The notes under the pieces were generated by a model. The model saw only the letters and a program-made list of their open reading frames with translations, searched no databases and was not told the origin of the DNA. From contig OZ245011.1 of assembly GCA_965223665.1 (NCBI GenBank), positions 1,600,001-1,664,000 of the forward strand: a stretch of 64,000 bases of DNA, read 5' to 3'. The stretch comes from Nitrospinaceae bacterium. Its GTDB lineage: Bacteria; Nitrospinota; Nitrospinia; Nitrospinales; Nitrospinaceae. The position numbers and the translations under genes are program-made. Below are positions 20,633-31,324 of the stretch, piece by piece; position 1 is the stretch's first letter, and every line of letters begins with the position of its first letter.

Positions 20633-20718
20633 GACACCCTCCGGAGTATTTTTGGATTGCTTATTTTTTATATAAAGGAATTTAAGAAATTAAATTTTTT
20701 AATTTATTCTTTAAATGA

Positions 20719-20756
20719 AGCTCTCCTCACACTGCCTCGACTGTATGAGGAGAGCT
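20719..20756 (-). terminator. Hairpin between the two paralogs
   Basis: 11-bp stem AGCTCTCCTCA/TGAGGAGAGCT with a weak U-tract. Confidence 0.55.
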
Positions 20757-20762
20757 ATTGTA

Positions 20763-23700
20763 CTAGTTGTTATTCACATTAAAGCAAATCGCTTCGGTAG
20801 TAAACGTGCTGGTGTTTCCGGAATCTTTGTTCCAGGCACAAGTGACTTTGCCGATACCTGAAGGATCGCTCAAACTCACTCCGCTTTCCATCAAAGACAC
20901 ACCACTCCCGGAACCGATACACTTGAATGACAATGGAACATCCACTAAATCCTGACAAAAACAGTCGACGCTGATGCTGGTTTGCCCCGATTGACCCTGA
21001 CTATTACAACTTTCGGTGTACAGGTTGTTTTTGTTCAAACCTGGAGCAGGAGCGTCATTTGAAAACACAATATCTATTTTCGGGCGGAAACCGGAGGATT
21101 CGCTGGAATCCATGCGAATTCCATTATTGGTCCCGCCGGAACGAATGATAAATCCATTGTTGGGAATGGTTCCATCCACCCACCCCTGCACCAAAGCCAC
21201 ACCGTTCTCATTCAACTCTACCGATCCAAGTTCGAAACTAAAAGGAGGAAGAGTGCTCAAAATTGTTGGTCCCTGATCCATATCATTCCAACTCACAGTA
21301 CTTTCAGACCAGGGTGAATTTTGCGAATAAAAATGGTAGACCCCTGAACTGGCGTCGGAGTAATTGAAGGTGATAAATACTCGACTCACCTGAGCCGTCG
21401 CAGGAGTAGAGGATATATCCCATTTAATAATGGCTGCCACTTCTCCGTATTTCCCAGAGGCAGGATCAAAGTCTACCCCATCGGCCTCCAGAGAAGTTTC
21501 GTTTCCAAAGTTAGCGGAAGGAGACCGCTGAACCAAATAACTATCCTCGGTTCCACCATAACTTCCGTCAGGAAGAGCCCCATCCTGAAATCCGGATAAA
21601 GTAGAAGGTGGATTCTTTTGAATAACATTGACGGTCCGGATCAGTTCCAATGCAGCATTGCCATCTGAATCAGTTGCATTATAGGTAATTTGATGTGTTC
21701 CCGGAAAACTCGTATCAATTGGCAACCCGGTTACAATAATTTGTCCGGTAATGTCTCCATCCTCAATATCAAACGCCGTCGCCCCTGCTTCCACATAGGG
21801 TATACCCACTTCGACATTGAGTGCAGAGCTACCTAACAGGGTGATGACAGGTCGACTAAAATTAAAGGAGAAAAAGAGACTTTGATTTGGAAGGATGGAA
21901 TTGGCAAGAAAGTCGTTGACATTATCATTATCAAAGTCCCCCGAAGGTTGCGGGGGCAAACTTTGGCCTCCTATAATGAATTGTGCATCCAGGTCATCCC
22001 ATAGAGGAGCTGTTGGCAAACTGGTTCGACCGGAAAAAATTGCGTAATCAGGAACATTTGGTCTATAGATAGCAACATCATCTATGCCATCGCCATCAAC
22101 ATCTCCAATTCCCCAAACAAATAAGCCAAATTCAGGTTCTACACAAGGGAGAATGTCAATGGATCCCGGAGACGGTTGACCATCGGCATGCCCCAGATGT
22201 ATCGCGACCGCTCCAGCATCAGCGCCGGTAAAACCGCGGCAAGGTCCCAGTTGGCCCTCTGCGTTTGCATCTCCAACAATAATATCTCCAAATCCATCGT
22301 TGTTGAAATCGCCTGCAGAGTCAAAGGAATAAATTATTCTGTTGGGTCCAACACCAGGAAAGGTGTCCAGAGTCACTGCCTGTAAATCCGGACCTACAAA
22401 CGTGCTTCCATAAACCACCACCTCTCCGTTATTTTCACCAAACTCTACTGTTCTAATTCCCAGATCTTTTTTACCATCGTTATTAAAATCTCCCACCGAT
22501 GCGACTTCAACAATGTTGATATCCTCAGGTCCCGTTCCACGAATGATCAGGTCGGCATCGGTTTCAGCATCCCAGGTAGCAGGGGATGTTATGTTTCCAC
22601 CCTGAAATACATAAGCGGTTCCTGTTCGGACTTCGGGATTACTTCCGGGAAGAATGGCGTTTTGAGCAAAGACAACAATATCATCATTACCCACACCATC
22701 GAAATTACCTAACGTATCCGCATAAAAGCCAAATACATCTCCCCCATTGGTACCATTAATGGTGAGGTCAGCATCTGAGATATCCAGATTCAATTGCGAT
22801 GCAGGGCTTTGCCCAAAAAAAACATAAACCGCTCCTGTGGATGTTCCATTTGTATCCGTAGCGGGACTGGCAATCATAAAATCCTCAAAAGCATCCCCAT
22901 TTAAGTTCCCAGCAGAAACTACTTTATTCACAAAGTTTTTTCCGTCTGAACGGCTGATAATAATATCCGGAACCAAAGTGGCTGGCAAAGGAAACGTTTG
23001 CCCGAAATATATTTTTATCTGGTTATTATCTCTGGTAAAAACATCGTCAAACCCGTCGTTGTTGTAATCCCCAATATATCCCGCTCCCTCTTCCACTAGT
23101 GATCCTTTCGCTTCTGATGTAGGAACAATCGTCGGGTCGACCCAGAGGGGGAAGTTGAGTGAGGAGTTTGAACCCAGGTTCAGTGCAAGTTGATTTTTTG
23201 CAACAGTGTGATGAATACCAGTGCGGATGACTTGATGGTTGGCGTCGATGTATTCCGGCGGTGGAATTTTGAATAGAGTTTTTTGAACGGTGTTACTTTT
23301 GCGAGGGATGTCGGCGGTCTTTGTAAAGGTAATGCTGCCATCGTTTTGCTCTTGCATGGTCGCGCCTTCGAATCGCCAACGAATCACCTGTCCGTCTTTC
23401 GGCAATGAAGAGGCTTTTGGCAAATACACAAATTCGCGTAAGGCTTTTTTGTCTGCATCGTATCGATATAATATAGAACCTTCCCGACCTTTATAGACCA
23501 GATACCGTCCCAGCAATTTCGCCCGGTACTCTCCATCTCCACCGGATGCGAGATACTGTCGTACCTCTCCCAATTCCGTGTGAATACGAATTGGTGTTTG
23601 CGGATTTAATATTTTGGGAAACTCAATGTGCAAGACGGACCCAATGGCTTTTCTAAATTCGATTTGGTTTGATTTTTCCTCAAAAGGAACCTGTTCAGTC

Positions 23701-23879
23701 GATAACCAGGTGGGATCAAACTCTAAGATCGAATCAAAATTCCCCATTTGGGGTAATTTTTGCGGGATAGCTTGCGCTCTCCAAGTCCAAATCAGTAAAA
23801 ATAACGTCACTATAGACAGCATTCCGAGTTTCTTTAGCATGACATTTCCCCCTATTTTGGCCAGTGGATAGCTAATCAA
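20763..23879 (-). CDS. Exported FG-GAP repeat protein with Ig-like (DUF5011-like), DNRLRE domain and Cys-rich tail
   Basis: Signal peptide, GDFNNDGFGD repeats, YVEAGATAFDIEDGDIT and KWDISS..WSESTVSWN..NNGFII. Start probably MLKKL at 23840. Confidence 0.85.
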   Translation of the reverse strand: MISYPLAKIGGNVMLKKLGMLSIVTLFLLIWTWRAQAIPQKLPQMGNFDSILEFDPTWLSTEQVPFEEKSNQIEFRKAIGSVLHIEFPKILNPQTPIRIHTELGEVRQYLASGGDGEYRAKLLGRYLVYKGREGSILYRYDADKKALREFVYLPKASSLPKDGQVIRWRFEGATMQEQNDGSITFTKTADIPRKSNTVQKTLFKIPPPEYIDANHQVIRTGIHHTVAKNQLALNLGSNSSLNFPLWVDPTIVPTSEAKGSLVEEGAGYIGDYNNDGFDDVFTRDNNQIKIYFGQTFPLPATLVPDIIISRSDGKNFVNKVVSAGNLNGDAFEDFMIASPATDTNGTSTGAVYVFFGQSPASQLNLDISDADLTINGTNGGDVFGFYADTLGNFDGVGNDDIVVFAQNAILPGSNPEVRTGTAYVFQGGNITSPATWDAETDADLIIRGTGPEDINIVEVASVGDFNNDGKKDLGIRTVEFGENNGEVVVYGSTFVGPDLQAVTLDTFPGVGPNRIIYSFDSAGDFNNDGFGDIIVGDANAEGQLGPCRGFTGADAGAVAIHLGHADGQPSPGSIDILPCVEPEFGLFVWGIGDVDGDGIDDVAIYRPNVPDYAIFSGRTSLPTAPLWDDLDAQFIIGGQSLPPQPSGDFDNDNVNDFLANSILPNQSLFFSFNFSRPVITLLGSSALNVEVGIPYVEAGATAFDIEDGDITGQIIVTGLPIDTSFPGTHQITYNATDSDGNAALELIRTVNVIQKNPPSTLSGFQDGALPDGSYGGTEDSYLVQRSPSANFGNETSLEADGVDFDPASGKYGEVAAIIKWDISSTPATAQVSRVFITFNYSDASSGVYHFYSQNSPWSESTVSWNDMDQGPTILSTLPPFSFELGSVELNENGVALVQGWVDGTIPNNGFIIRSGGTNNGIRMDSSESSGFRPKIDIVFSNDAPAPGLNKNNLYTESCNSQGQSGQTSISVDCFCQDLVDVPLSFKCIGSGSGVSLMESGVSLSDPSGIGKVTCAWNKDSGNTSTFTTEAICFNVNNN

Positions 23880-24273
23880 TTCTTGGATTTGTTAATTTCG
23901 GAAAATATTTAGACATCCAAACTATTTATTTACTTTTTCGAATACTACCCCTTTAAGGCTATCCTGTCAACCTATTATGGCAAAAAACAGTCAGTTTCCT
24001 GCACCCTTCAGTCCTATGTTATTTCAGGTTTCTATTCATGCGGTTCCCCTGATCAAAACCTTTCTTTATTATATAGAGCTCTATCGAACCTGAAATCTTC
24101 CCCAATAAATTAGAACCACCCGGATTGCCTGATCTCCAGAAGTTTGTCCCCGCAGGATTCTCCACAAAGACACAAAACCCAATCAATGCCGGAAAGCTGA
24201 GCTTCCGCACCTCTCTCCTAGGCCTTTAATCAAATTCAACTCTCACCACAAAATCATCCCATGCAATCCATTA

Positions 24274-24351
24274 TAGATTCGCTTCTTAACCTTTCACTTG
24301 TTTCTCATTAGACTTTGCTTGATACTGAAATAGAAAGAGTAGTTTTGAGCC
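24274..24351 (+). promoter_or_regulatory. 78-bp leader repeat, copy 1 (promoter-like)
   Basis: 60/78 ungapped identity to 31433-31510. Contains TTGTTT-17 bp-GATACT. Confidence 0.65.
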
Positions 24352-24807
24352 ATGATTTTTTTCTGCAAATCGGAGAAACATGACCTAGGCATGAAATCAT
24401 ACGCTTTAAATATTTTTGGTGTTTTACTAGTACTCAATTTATTGAGTTGTGGATCTCCCCTAAAAGAAGAACTGGCGCGAATCACATCTCCGGATGGACT
24501 TGTGGATGCGGTTCTATTACGTGTAAATTATCATGCGACCGTCACCTATAGTTATTTTGTTTACATCGTAGAAAAAGGCAAAAGCGTAAAAGAGGGCGAT
24601 CATTTATTTTTAGGAACCCACATGGAGAATCTAAAAATTTCCTGGATAGAAACCAAATTACTGGAAATTCAATATAAAGAGATTACCATACACCACTTTG
24701 AAAATATGTGGCATTCCAAAAACCTTGACAATTATCATTACGTGGTTGAATTAAAACTCTCACCCCAGGGAGGACCTTATTCATTAAGCAAACGAAACCG
24801 AGAATAA
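24352..24807 (+). CDS. Putative lipoprotein, immunity-like
   Basis: LLSC lipobox and SPDG..AV..ATV..W beta-rich pattern. Confidence 0.65.
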   Translation: MIFFCKSEKHDLGMKSYALNIFGVLLVLNLLSCGSPLKEELARITSPDGLVDAVLLRVNYHATVTYSYFVYIVEKGKSVKEGDHLFLGTHMENLKISWIETKLLEIQYKEITIHHFENMWHSKNLDNYHYVVELKLSPQGGPYSLSKRNRE

Positions 24808-24849
24808 TTTTTAATCTGAAACAAATAAATTTTTGATTAAATTTATCCC

Positions 24850-25221
24850 ATGAAAACTTATCCTATTCAGAGACGTGATGGCACTCCCGGGGCATTTGAA
24901 ATCGAAAATTTTTATATCGGCCTGGGAAGAATAGAGAAATTATTATCATCACTAGAAGGAATTTCGAATATAAGACGGCGAAAGCTATTTGAGCTTTCAG
25001 ATTTTCTACTTGAATTTGATTATGAAGGTTGTCGTTATAAAGTGTCGGAACCTTTTGGAGACAGTAACCGCTACTGGATCGGCCCGAAAAATGGTTTGGA
25101 AACTCAAACCAGCGCAAGCATCGAAACGATTGAGGTCTTATTCAAAAATTATCAACCCAATATACTGCTAAGGATGTTGGGTCATATATTTACTTTGGAT
25201 TTTATTTTTAGAAAGAAATGA
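24850..25221 (+). CDS. Hypothetical protein
   Basis: 123-aa ORF co-oriented with the array. Confidence 0.65.
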   Translation: MKTYPIQRRDGTPGAFEIENFYIGLGRIEKLLSSLEGISNIRRRKLFELSDFLLEFDYEGCRYKVSEPFGDSNRYWIGPKNGLETQTSASIETIEVLFKNYQPNILLRMLGHIFTLDFIFRKK

Positions 25222-25254
25222 TTAGGAATCCCTAAACCAATTTTCAAAAACAAA

Positions 25255-25722
25255 ATGAATTTCAAATCAGTATTTACATTATGGTTATGTATGGCGACGG
25301 TTGCTTTGGCGGAAGAACCAAAGAATTTAAATAAACTCTGCAATAAAATTGCTCAGGTGAAAACCATACCTTTCCAAAAGAGCATCCCGGTTGAAGACCT
25401 CATTTATAACGAGTTTATACAACTCAGGGAAAAGGCGATTCCCTGTCTGATAGACAATTTAACAAACCTACAAATAATGCCGGACCCGAGGCAGGCTCCC
25501 AAAGAACCGGTGGTTGTTGGGGATGTCGCTTTATTTTTACTGAACGACATCACAGGACGATTTGAAGAAAGTTTTCCACCGGAGGTGCAAAAGAAATTCA
25601 AGACCGATGGAATATATGCTTATTTTGAATTTATTGACAACCACCCGGAAAACCGAAAGAAGCTACAGAAGAATTGGAGAAAGTGGCATAAAGCTAATAA
25701 AAATATTCACCCATTAAAATAA
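25255..25722 (+). CDS. Exported hypothetical protein
   Basis: Signal peptide ending ALA. Helical. Confidence 0.65.
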   Translation: MNFKSVFTLWLCMATVALAEEPKNLNKLCNKIAQVKTIPFQKSIPVEDLIYNEFIQLREKAIPCLIDNLTNLQIMPDPRQAPKEPVVVGDVALFLLNDITGRFEESFPPEVQKKFKTDGIYAYFEFIDNHPENRKKLQKNWRKWHKANKNIHPLK

Positions 25723-26081
25723 ATAGTAAAAGTCGAAATTAAAATTACCTTCGAATCAAAAAAAATGGTTACCGCATCCGGAAAAAAAATAAGAATCATT
25801 AAATTCACCAAGATTCCAATCGAATTAGAAATCAGCCCTAATTTCCTTCTTTCACCCATATTTCTATAGGCCGCAACAAAACCAAAAAAATAAAAGGGAA
25901 TTGCGGAAAAAATAAAAAAAAGAAATCCCCACGCCCAAAGAAGCGCATCTCCAAAATCATCCATTAGACTGGCTAAAATCAAAAAACACAAACCAACAAA
26001 ACTAATCCCTAAACCATATATAAATCCTTTAAAAGAAATTGGAATTTCTGATTCAAAAGTTTTTTCTAATTTTTTGTTCAT
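25707..26081 (-). CDS. Membrane protein, the only inverted gene in the array
   Basis: Three hydrophobic segments. 3' end overlaps the preceding gene. Confidence 0.55.
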   Translation of the reverse strand: MNKKLEKTFESEIPISFKGFIYGLGISFVGLCFLILASLMDDFGDALLWAWGFLFFIFSAIPFYFFGFVAAYRNMGERRKLGLISNSIGILVNLMILIFFPDAVTIFFDSKVILISTFTIYFNG

Positions 26082-26180
26082 CTATTCATTATCACATACT
26101 CAAAACGGTTTTGTTCTGGATTTACCCTAATTTTTAAACTAACCTATAATTGGTTGTTTTTAGAATAATTTGGGATTCCA

Positions 26181-26438
26181 ATGCGGTCGATTACCAGACT
26201 TCTCGCAACGTTTTTTCTTATTTTTGGAACTCTATATCCTAATCAGAGCGACCATGAATTTAGGCGTGATTTAATTTTTGCCATGGAATGCGAAATTTTG
26301 GCAGTTGTTATCTATTCGATGATTTTCAAATACTGTCTTAAGTCAACATAACCTTTGGTTGTTATTGGAATTATTTTAGCGGCGGTTAATTTTGGGAATT
26401 TTTTTCATTATTATATTTCTACTCCTGTAGCAGACTAA
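26181..26438 (+). pseudogene. Small membrane-protein gene with an internal stop
   Basis: Reads MRSITRLLATFFLIFG...CLKST*PLVVIGIILAAVNF...VAD*. TAA at 26349-26351. Confidence 0.45.
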
Positions 26439-26446
26439 GCCATGTC

Positions 26447-27022
26447 ATGACAAAAGATATCTGGAAACGTTATTGTCGAAGCATTTCTAATGCAATGCTT
26501 ACCCAGGAGGAAAAGATATTGGACCAGGCAGTGCATGCATTGGAAGAATATCTTATAGAAGATTATAGTATGTGTCCGGAAAATGTTTTTCAGGAAATCA
26601 TATCCATTTTAAAAGAAAATAATAGTTGTAAAAATCCCCATTGGTGCATTTTACTAAACTTGTTTGCTTATGACCTTGAATATTTAAACTCAACCCAACA
26701 ACTTACTTTAGCCAGTGCTCTAAAAGAAATTTACCCAAGACTCGAAGAGCCTGCAAATTGCATCGTTTGCAGCGAAACCTTAACTGAAATTTTGTCTGAG
26801 GACGAGGCCCTGGAAACAATCCTCAATTGGATACCCGTAAGTGGACTAATTGCCAAAGCTTTAATTCCCAATGCATTATATTTTTTATTTAAAAAATGCA
26901 AAACCAACAATATTAGAGCGACAATATTGTATCAAATAAATTTACTAGCAAATGACTCGTTACAAGAAGTTCGAGAAGAAGCCCATTACGTTCAAGGGCT
27001 CATAAATCATAAATATTCTTAA
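26447..27022 (+). CDS. Helical hypothetical protein, immunity-like
   Basis: 191-aa acidic helical ORF with C-terminal LLANDSLQEVREEA. Confidence 0.65.
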   Translation: MTKDIWKRYCRSISNAMLTQEEKILDQAVHALEEYLIEDYSMCPENVFQEIISILKENNSCKNPHWCILLNLFAYDLEYLNSTQQLTLASALKEIYPRLEEPANCIVCSETLTEILSEDEALETILNWIPVSGLIAKALIPNALYFLFKKCKTNNIRATILYQINLLANDSLQEVREEAHYVQGLINHKYS

Positions 27023-27039
27023 ATACTTCCAGGAATCCA

Positions 27040-27519
27040 ATGTTCAAATATTTTTCAAAAATTATTTTCACAGCATTCATCTTAATATCATTAAACAATT
27101 TTTCGGAAGCCACTCCCAATTCCAAGGAGATTTTAGAACGAAGCATAGGGGAACTCATCCTTGTTCACAATCAATTGCTGAGTTACGAAGAAGGCCCTAT
27201 GGCGTTTTCTATTGACTATATTTATGCGGAATTTCATGACATCTATCAGACAGAAATAAAACAATTGCCATTAGAAAATAGAATCAACTTCTTTTGGTTT
27301 GCGATGTGGCATTTGGATTTTGATGGACACGTTATGATGGAATTTCAAAAACTGGTTTATATGGATTGTGGTAAAGAATTCATAAAAAAACTGGAAGGTT
27401 ATATTAAAACTGAAACCAAACTCAACCATTTTAAAGGCCGTCTCTACTTTACAAAAAAAGTACTAACCGGAATGAACTTAATAAAAGAACTAAAAGAAAA
27501 GGGCTACCCAATCCATTAA
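27040..27519 (+). CDS. Exported hypothetical protein
   Basis: Signal peptide and RBS AGGA. Confidence 0.65.
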   Translation: MFKYFSKIIFTAFILISLNNFSEATPNSKEILERSIGELILVHNQLLSYEEGPMAFSIDYIYAEFHDIYQTEIKQLPLENRINFFWFAMWHLDFDGHVMMEFQKLVYMDCGKEFIKKLEGYIKTETKLNHFKGRLYFTKKVLTGMNLIKELKEKGYPIH

Positions 27520-27548
27520 GTCTTTAAATTCTTTAGATAAGCAACCAG

Positions 27549-28124
27549 ATGCCGCAAACTCATCCAATTCATAAATTGATTTTTTATACTTTAGGGATCC
27601 TTGCCTTAATTCCTTCCCTGTACTGCATTTGTGAAATAATTTATCCGGTTTGGAGCAAAGTTGGATTCAAGTGGAAAGTTTTTATAAAAGATATTCCCCT
27701 TATATTCTGGTTCATTTTAAGTTTTGTTTTTGTCTTTTATGCATGCTTCAACTTCTATCTAGCGCAAAATTTTGGGAAATTAGTTGCTTCTAAAATGGAA
27801 AGTCCCCTCATGCAAAGCTTTGTTTACGCATCAAAACTTTGGAAATTTTTCTGGTGGATCAGTATATGGATACTTCCATTTTTAGTCCTTTGCAGCCTTT
27901 TCATTTTTCTGGTTTTTGGATTGGATTTTTTAGGATTGAAATATTTAAGTGAGCCCCCCCAGGATCCGCTCAATTCTCTGCATACCGGGCTAATAATTTT
28001 CATTTTTATACTGTCGATAAGTGCAGGTTTCATTCTTTACGTTAAAGCATGCATAGAAATTACTAGAAAAATTTCTAATCACCCTTTCATTAAAAAGTTT
28101 GACCTTAAAAAGCGGAAACAATGA
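27549..28124 (+). CDS. Membrane protein (about 4 TM)
   Basis: Four hydrophobic segments. ATGA overlap with the next gene. Confidence 0.65.
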   Translation: MPQTHPIHKLIFYTLGILALIPSLYCICEIIYPVWSKVGFKWKVFIKDIPLIFWFILSFVFVFYACFNFYLAQNFGKLVASKMESPLMQSFVYASKLWKFFWWISIWILPFLVLCSLFIFLVFGLDFLGLKYLSEPPQDPLNSLHTGLIIFIFILSISAGFILYVKACIEITRKISNHPFIKKFDLKKRKQ

Positions 28125-28564
28125 TCAGACCTGTCGACAATCGAGCGAAATGGTTACTTCATGAATTAGAGAGCTACGAACCAAACATTCCTGATTCTTT
28201 TTTCAACGAATATGGATTAACCATTCCTGAAAATGATAAGGCTCTCGGCGTTTATACAAATTTCTTTGGCATTTTCAAGGATATCGTCGTGGTAACGAAT
28301 TTAGGATTATATGTCGGAACCGAGGGACAATGGAATTATGTTACCTATGAATCCATGGAACATGTGCGCTTTCCCAATATGAGAAAGGAAAACTTTATTT
28401 ATCTAAGAATCATTTTAAAAAATGGCGATGAATTCATTCTTCCCACTATAAACCGCACACCGGGTCATGCGGATTTGAGCTACTTAGATATTTATGCATT
28501 CGAAAAGTTTCTTAGTGGAATCATTATGGGTTTGGAAATTGATCGTAAGAGAAAGAATGATTAA
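28121..28564 (+). CDS. Hypothetical protein, possibly PH-like fold
   Basis: VVVTNLGLYV..W..V.Y..M..V pattern with a C-terminal helix. Confidence 0.6.
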   Translation: MIRPVDNRAKWLLHELESYEPNIPDSFFNEYGLTIPENDKALGVYTNFFGIFKDIVVVTNLGLYVGTEGQWNYVTYESMEHVRFPNMRKENFIYLRIILKNGDEFILPTINRTPGHADLSYLDIYAFEKFLSGIIMGLEIDRKRKND

Positions 28565-29162
28565 ATTTAATTGTCCTCATTGCAAGGACGGGAGGATTAC
28601 CCCGTGGCAAAAAATGTTTCATAAGTTTCGAGGTCCTCAACATTGCGGCAACTGTAATGCCAAAGTGATTCTGGATCCATCATTAGATGGATTATTTTTG
28701 TGGCTGGCCCTGGTGCTCATTGTCGTTGGAATGTTTTGGATATTTTCTTTTCTTCCGGAAATTCCTAATTTCGGTTGGCTATCTTTTATAGCGTTGCTTT
28801 TATTTTTCTTTCTGGGTGTGGCCGCATTGATAATTGAAGGATTTATCGTCCCTCTCAAAAACCCCAAACCACAATATCAATGCGCCAATTGTGGTGAGCA
28901 GAGTATCACCCTGGAGGATAAAAATGGATCGTCTCGGTGGATTAAAGAAAGGTTTTGTGAAGTATGCGGAGAAAAGATTGTTTTAGATTTATTAGGGAAT
29001 TGGCTTTATTTTTTTGTGGCTACAATGGGTGGTGTTTTAATTGTAATTGAATTGCTTATTCGCCGTTTTTATGTTTCCGCACTTATTGTTTACTTAATAA
29101 TGACACCTCTAACTTTGTATTTCCGAGGAATAGTCGTTCCCCAAGTGAGCACCAAAAAATAA
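28557..29162 (+). CDS. Membrane protein with two CxxC-x20/21-CxxC zinc-finger + TM units
   Basis: CPHC-x20-CGNC and CANC-x21-CEVC, each followed by two hydrophobic helices. Confidence 0.7.
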   Translation: MIKFNCPHCKDGRITPWQKMFHKFRGPQHCGNCNAKVILDPSLDGLFLWLALVLIVVGMFWIFSFLPEIPNFGWLSFIALLLFFFLGVAALIIEGFIVPLKNPKPQYQCANCGEQSITLEDKNGSSRWIKERFCEVCGEKIVLDLLGNWLYFFVATMGGVLIVIELLIRRFYVSALIVYLIMTPLTLYFRGIVVPQVSTKK

Positions 29163-29494
29163 TGAAACCTGATTCGACTTATAGCCAAGACCCATTAAAA
29201 CTTACAAAACGGTTCGGGTGGGTTTTTGTGATCTCAAGTTTCGCAGGATTAGGTATGTGGTTTTATTTGTTAAACGATTCCAACTTTGACTCGTCTTTTT
29301 CAATATTCCTGGGCTATATGACCGCCTTTCACTTGATGATGGGCCTGGGTCTCTTATTACAAAAACTGTGGGGATATTATCTCTTTAATTTGTTTCTTTA
29401 TATATTAATTCTAGGTTTCCCCCTTGGAACTTACATTTCCTACAAAACCATCCAATTCATGAAAGCTCATAAACTGAAGAATTTTTTCAGATAA
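29162..29494 (+). CDS. Small membrane protein
   Basis: Hydrophobic helices, FPLGT motif and TAATG coupling. Confidence 0.65.
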   Translation: MKPDSTYSQDPLKLTKRFGWVFVISSFAGLGMWFYLLNDSNFDSSFSIFLGYMTAFHLMMGLGLLLQKLWGYYLFNLFLYILILGFPLGTYISYKTIQFMKAHKLKNFFR

Positions 29495-29503
29495 CTGATA
29501 ACT

Positions 29504-30397
29504 ATGAAACCATTATTGCTTTTAATATTCTTAACATTTTTCTTTGGATGCTCGCAATCGACTCCAGACAAAAAAATGATCAAGAAATTGTTAAGAATAA
29601 CAATCTGGTCAGGGACCTTTAGTGGAGATAAACATTACTGGATTGGCAAGGATAAAAACAGCAAACTAGTGTCTCAAAGAATTAATGAAAATTTAAAATA
29701 TGACAATTATAAGGATCATTTTAAAAATATCGAAGAACACTTCTCCGAAGAAGTTTTAGACAAAATCAGGAAAAAGCTGGCAATTGCCTACCCAATTTGT
29801 TTAAAAAAAGCTACTTTCAATAACAAACATTTATATCGTTTAGATCCAAAAAGAAGTATTTTTGGTTATGTGAAAGAAAACATACTTTTTTCACCGGATA
29901 AAAAGTATGCCCTTGTTAAGTCTCAATTTGGAGGACTATTTCTATTAAACGTATCTTCTCTAGACTTTGATAATGTATGCCTCCTAACAGGTTTGTCTAC
30001 CGCTTGGAACAAAAATAACGTATTTGCGATATCTTATAACCAAACTGCTCTTAATGAAGAGCCTTACATACTAATTTATGATGTGAAGAATAAGAAAAAA
30101 CGAATCTTAGAATATCCTGGAATACGAATTGAAGATATTTCTTGGCTAATTAATTCACAAACATTAGCTATAACTTCTTCTGAGTCATTGGGAAATAACC
30201 CTCTTTTATTTTTGGGAGCGATGATTCACACTGACTTTACCTATAATGATTTTAATATCGACTTTTATGACTACAAAACCCGAAGAAACCAATCACTATT
30301 AATAGAGAAAGGGTTGTTTGGTGGATATTCGGTAATATCGGGATTTCCACCTAGTAAAGAAAAAGTTCACAATCCGCGGGAAGCTTCTGATGCCTAA
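29504..30397 (+). CDS. Putative lipoprotein with beta-propeller-like repeats
   Basis: FFGC lipobox, FSPDKKY and ISW. Confidence 0.65.
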   Translation: MKPLLLLIFLTFFFGCSQSTPDKKMIKKLLRITIWSGTFSGDKHYWIGKDKNSKLVSQRINENLKYDNYKDHFKNIEEHFSEEVLDKIRKKLAIAYPICLKKATFNNKHLYRLDPKRSIFGYVKENILFSPDKKYALVKSQFGGLFLLNVSSLDFDNVCLLTGLSTAWNKNNVFAISYNQTALNEEPYILIYDVKNKKKRILEYPGIRIEDISWLINSQTLAITSSESLGNNPLLFLGAMIHTDFTYNDFNIDFYDYKTRRNQSLLIEKGLFGGYSVISGFPPSKEKVHNPREASDA

Positions 30398-30797
30398 ACA
30401 CCTAACCTTTTTACTCCTTATTCCCCTTTTACTTTGGGCTTGTGGGCAAAGTTTTGAAAGATCCGAGTTACTGGGAACCTACAAAAATAATCAAGCGGAC
30501 GAATTTATTATTGTCACGAATGATGGTAAATACATACATATCTTAAAAACCGAAAATAATACTTTTAAAGAAACAGGAACCTGGGAGTTGGAAATCTTTA
30601 ACGGCGAACCTATTATTGAATTTTATAACTTTGATCATGACTTCGAAGACACCATTGACTCCCGACAAAAAAGATCCAGTGTTTGGCCCGCTTTCGTGGA
30701 AAGATCTTTTTTCGGAAAGATTCGTTTACCCACAGATCCTGATTTTCCGAATCGTTACTTTGAGAAATTGGACAATGAAATTAAAAAAGGAAATTAA
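30390..30797 (+). CDS. Putative lipoprotein
   Basis: LWAC lipobox and LLGTY..DGKY..GTW. Confidence 0.65.
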   Translation: MPKHLTFLLLIPLLLWACGQSFERSELLGTYKNNQADEFIIVTNDGKYIHILKTENNTFKETGTWELEIFNGEPIIEFYNFDHDFEDTIDSRQKRSSVWPAFVERSFFGKIRLPTDPDFPNRYFEKLDNEIKKGN

Positions 30798-30859
30798 CTA
30801 TGTTGGAACGATTCTTATTGCCCTCATTGCAGTTTTTGTCTTTCCACTTAAACTAACTC

Positions 30860-31324
30860 ATGATCCAGAAACTGTTAAAACCCTTTATTTATCCTTACGA
30901 AGTTTCGTTTTGGGTGGAGGGGTCGGCAGAAAATAATTTTGCGATTCTTAAAGAGTTCATCAAGTTCAATTCCTTTAAACTCATCAGCGAAAAAGAAGGG
31001 GAAATTCAGTTTTCAATCCGACCCTCCAAGATAAAATGTGGTCATTTATTAAAAACAATCTGCACCTTCACTCGTTATTCTCCCACTCGATGTAATATGT
31101 CATTTCACTTCACTATGTTTCGAAATTGGATGTTAGCGTATTTAAGTATTTTCTTTGTCTTAATATTAATAGGAGTATTTTTCAAAGGAAAATTGTGGGG
31201 ACTCTTACTCATTCCCGCAATGTATTTTGGTGTCAATTTCGCCAATTTTTGTGGCTCTATCCTCCGCCCCTGGATAAAGTTAAGAGCATTTTTTAAAGAA
31301 AAGTTATTTCAAGATCAATCTTAA
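30860..31324 (+). CDS. Membrane protein
   Basis: Two C-terminal hydrophobic helices. Confidence 0.6.
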   Translation: MIQKLLKPFIYPYEVSFWVEGSAENNFAILKEFIKFNSFKLISEKEGEIQFSIRPSKIKCGHLLKTICTFTRYSPTRCNMSFHFTMFRNWMLAYLSIFFVLILIGVFFKGKLWGLLLIPAMYFGVNFANFCGSILRPWIKLRAFFKEKLFQDQS

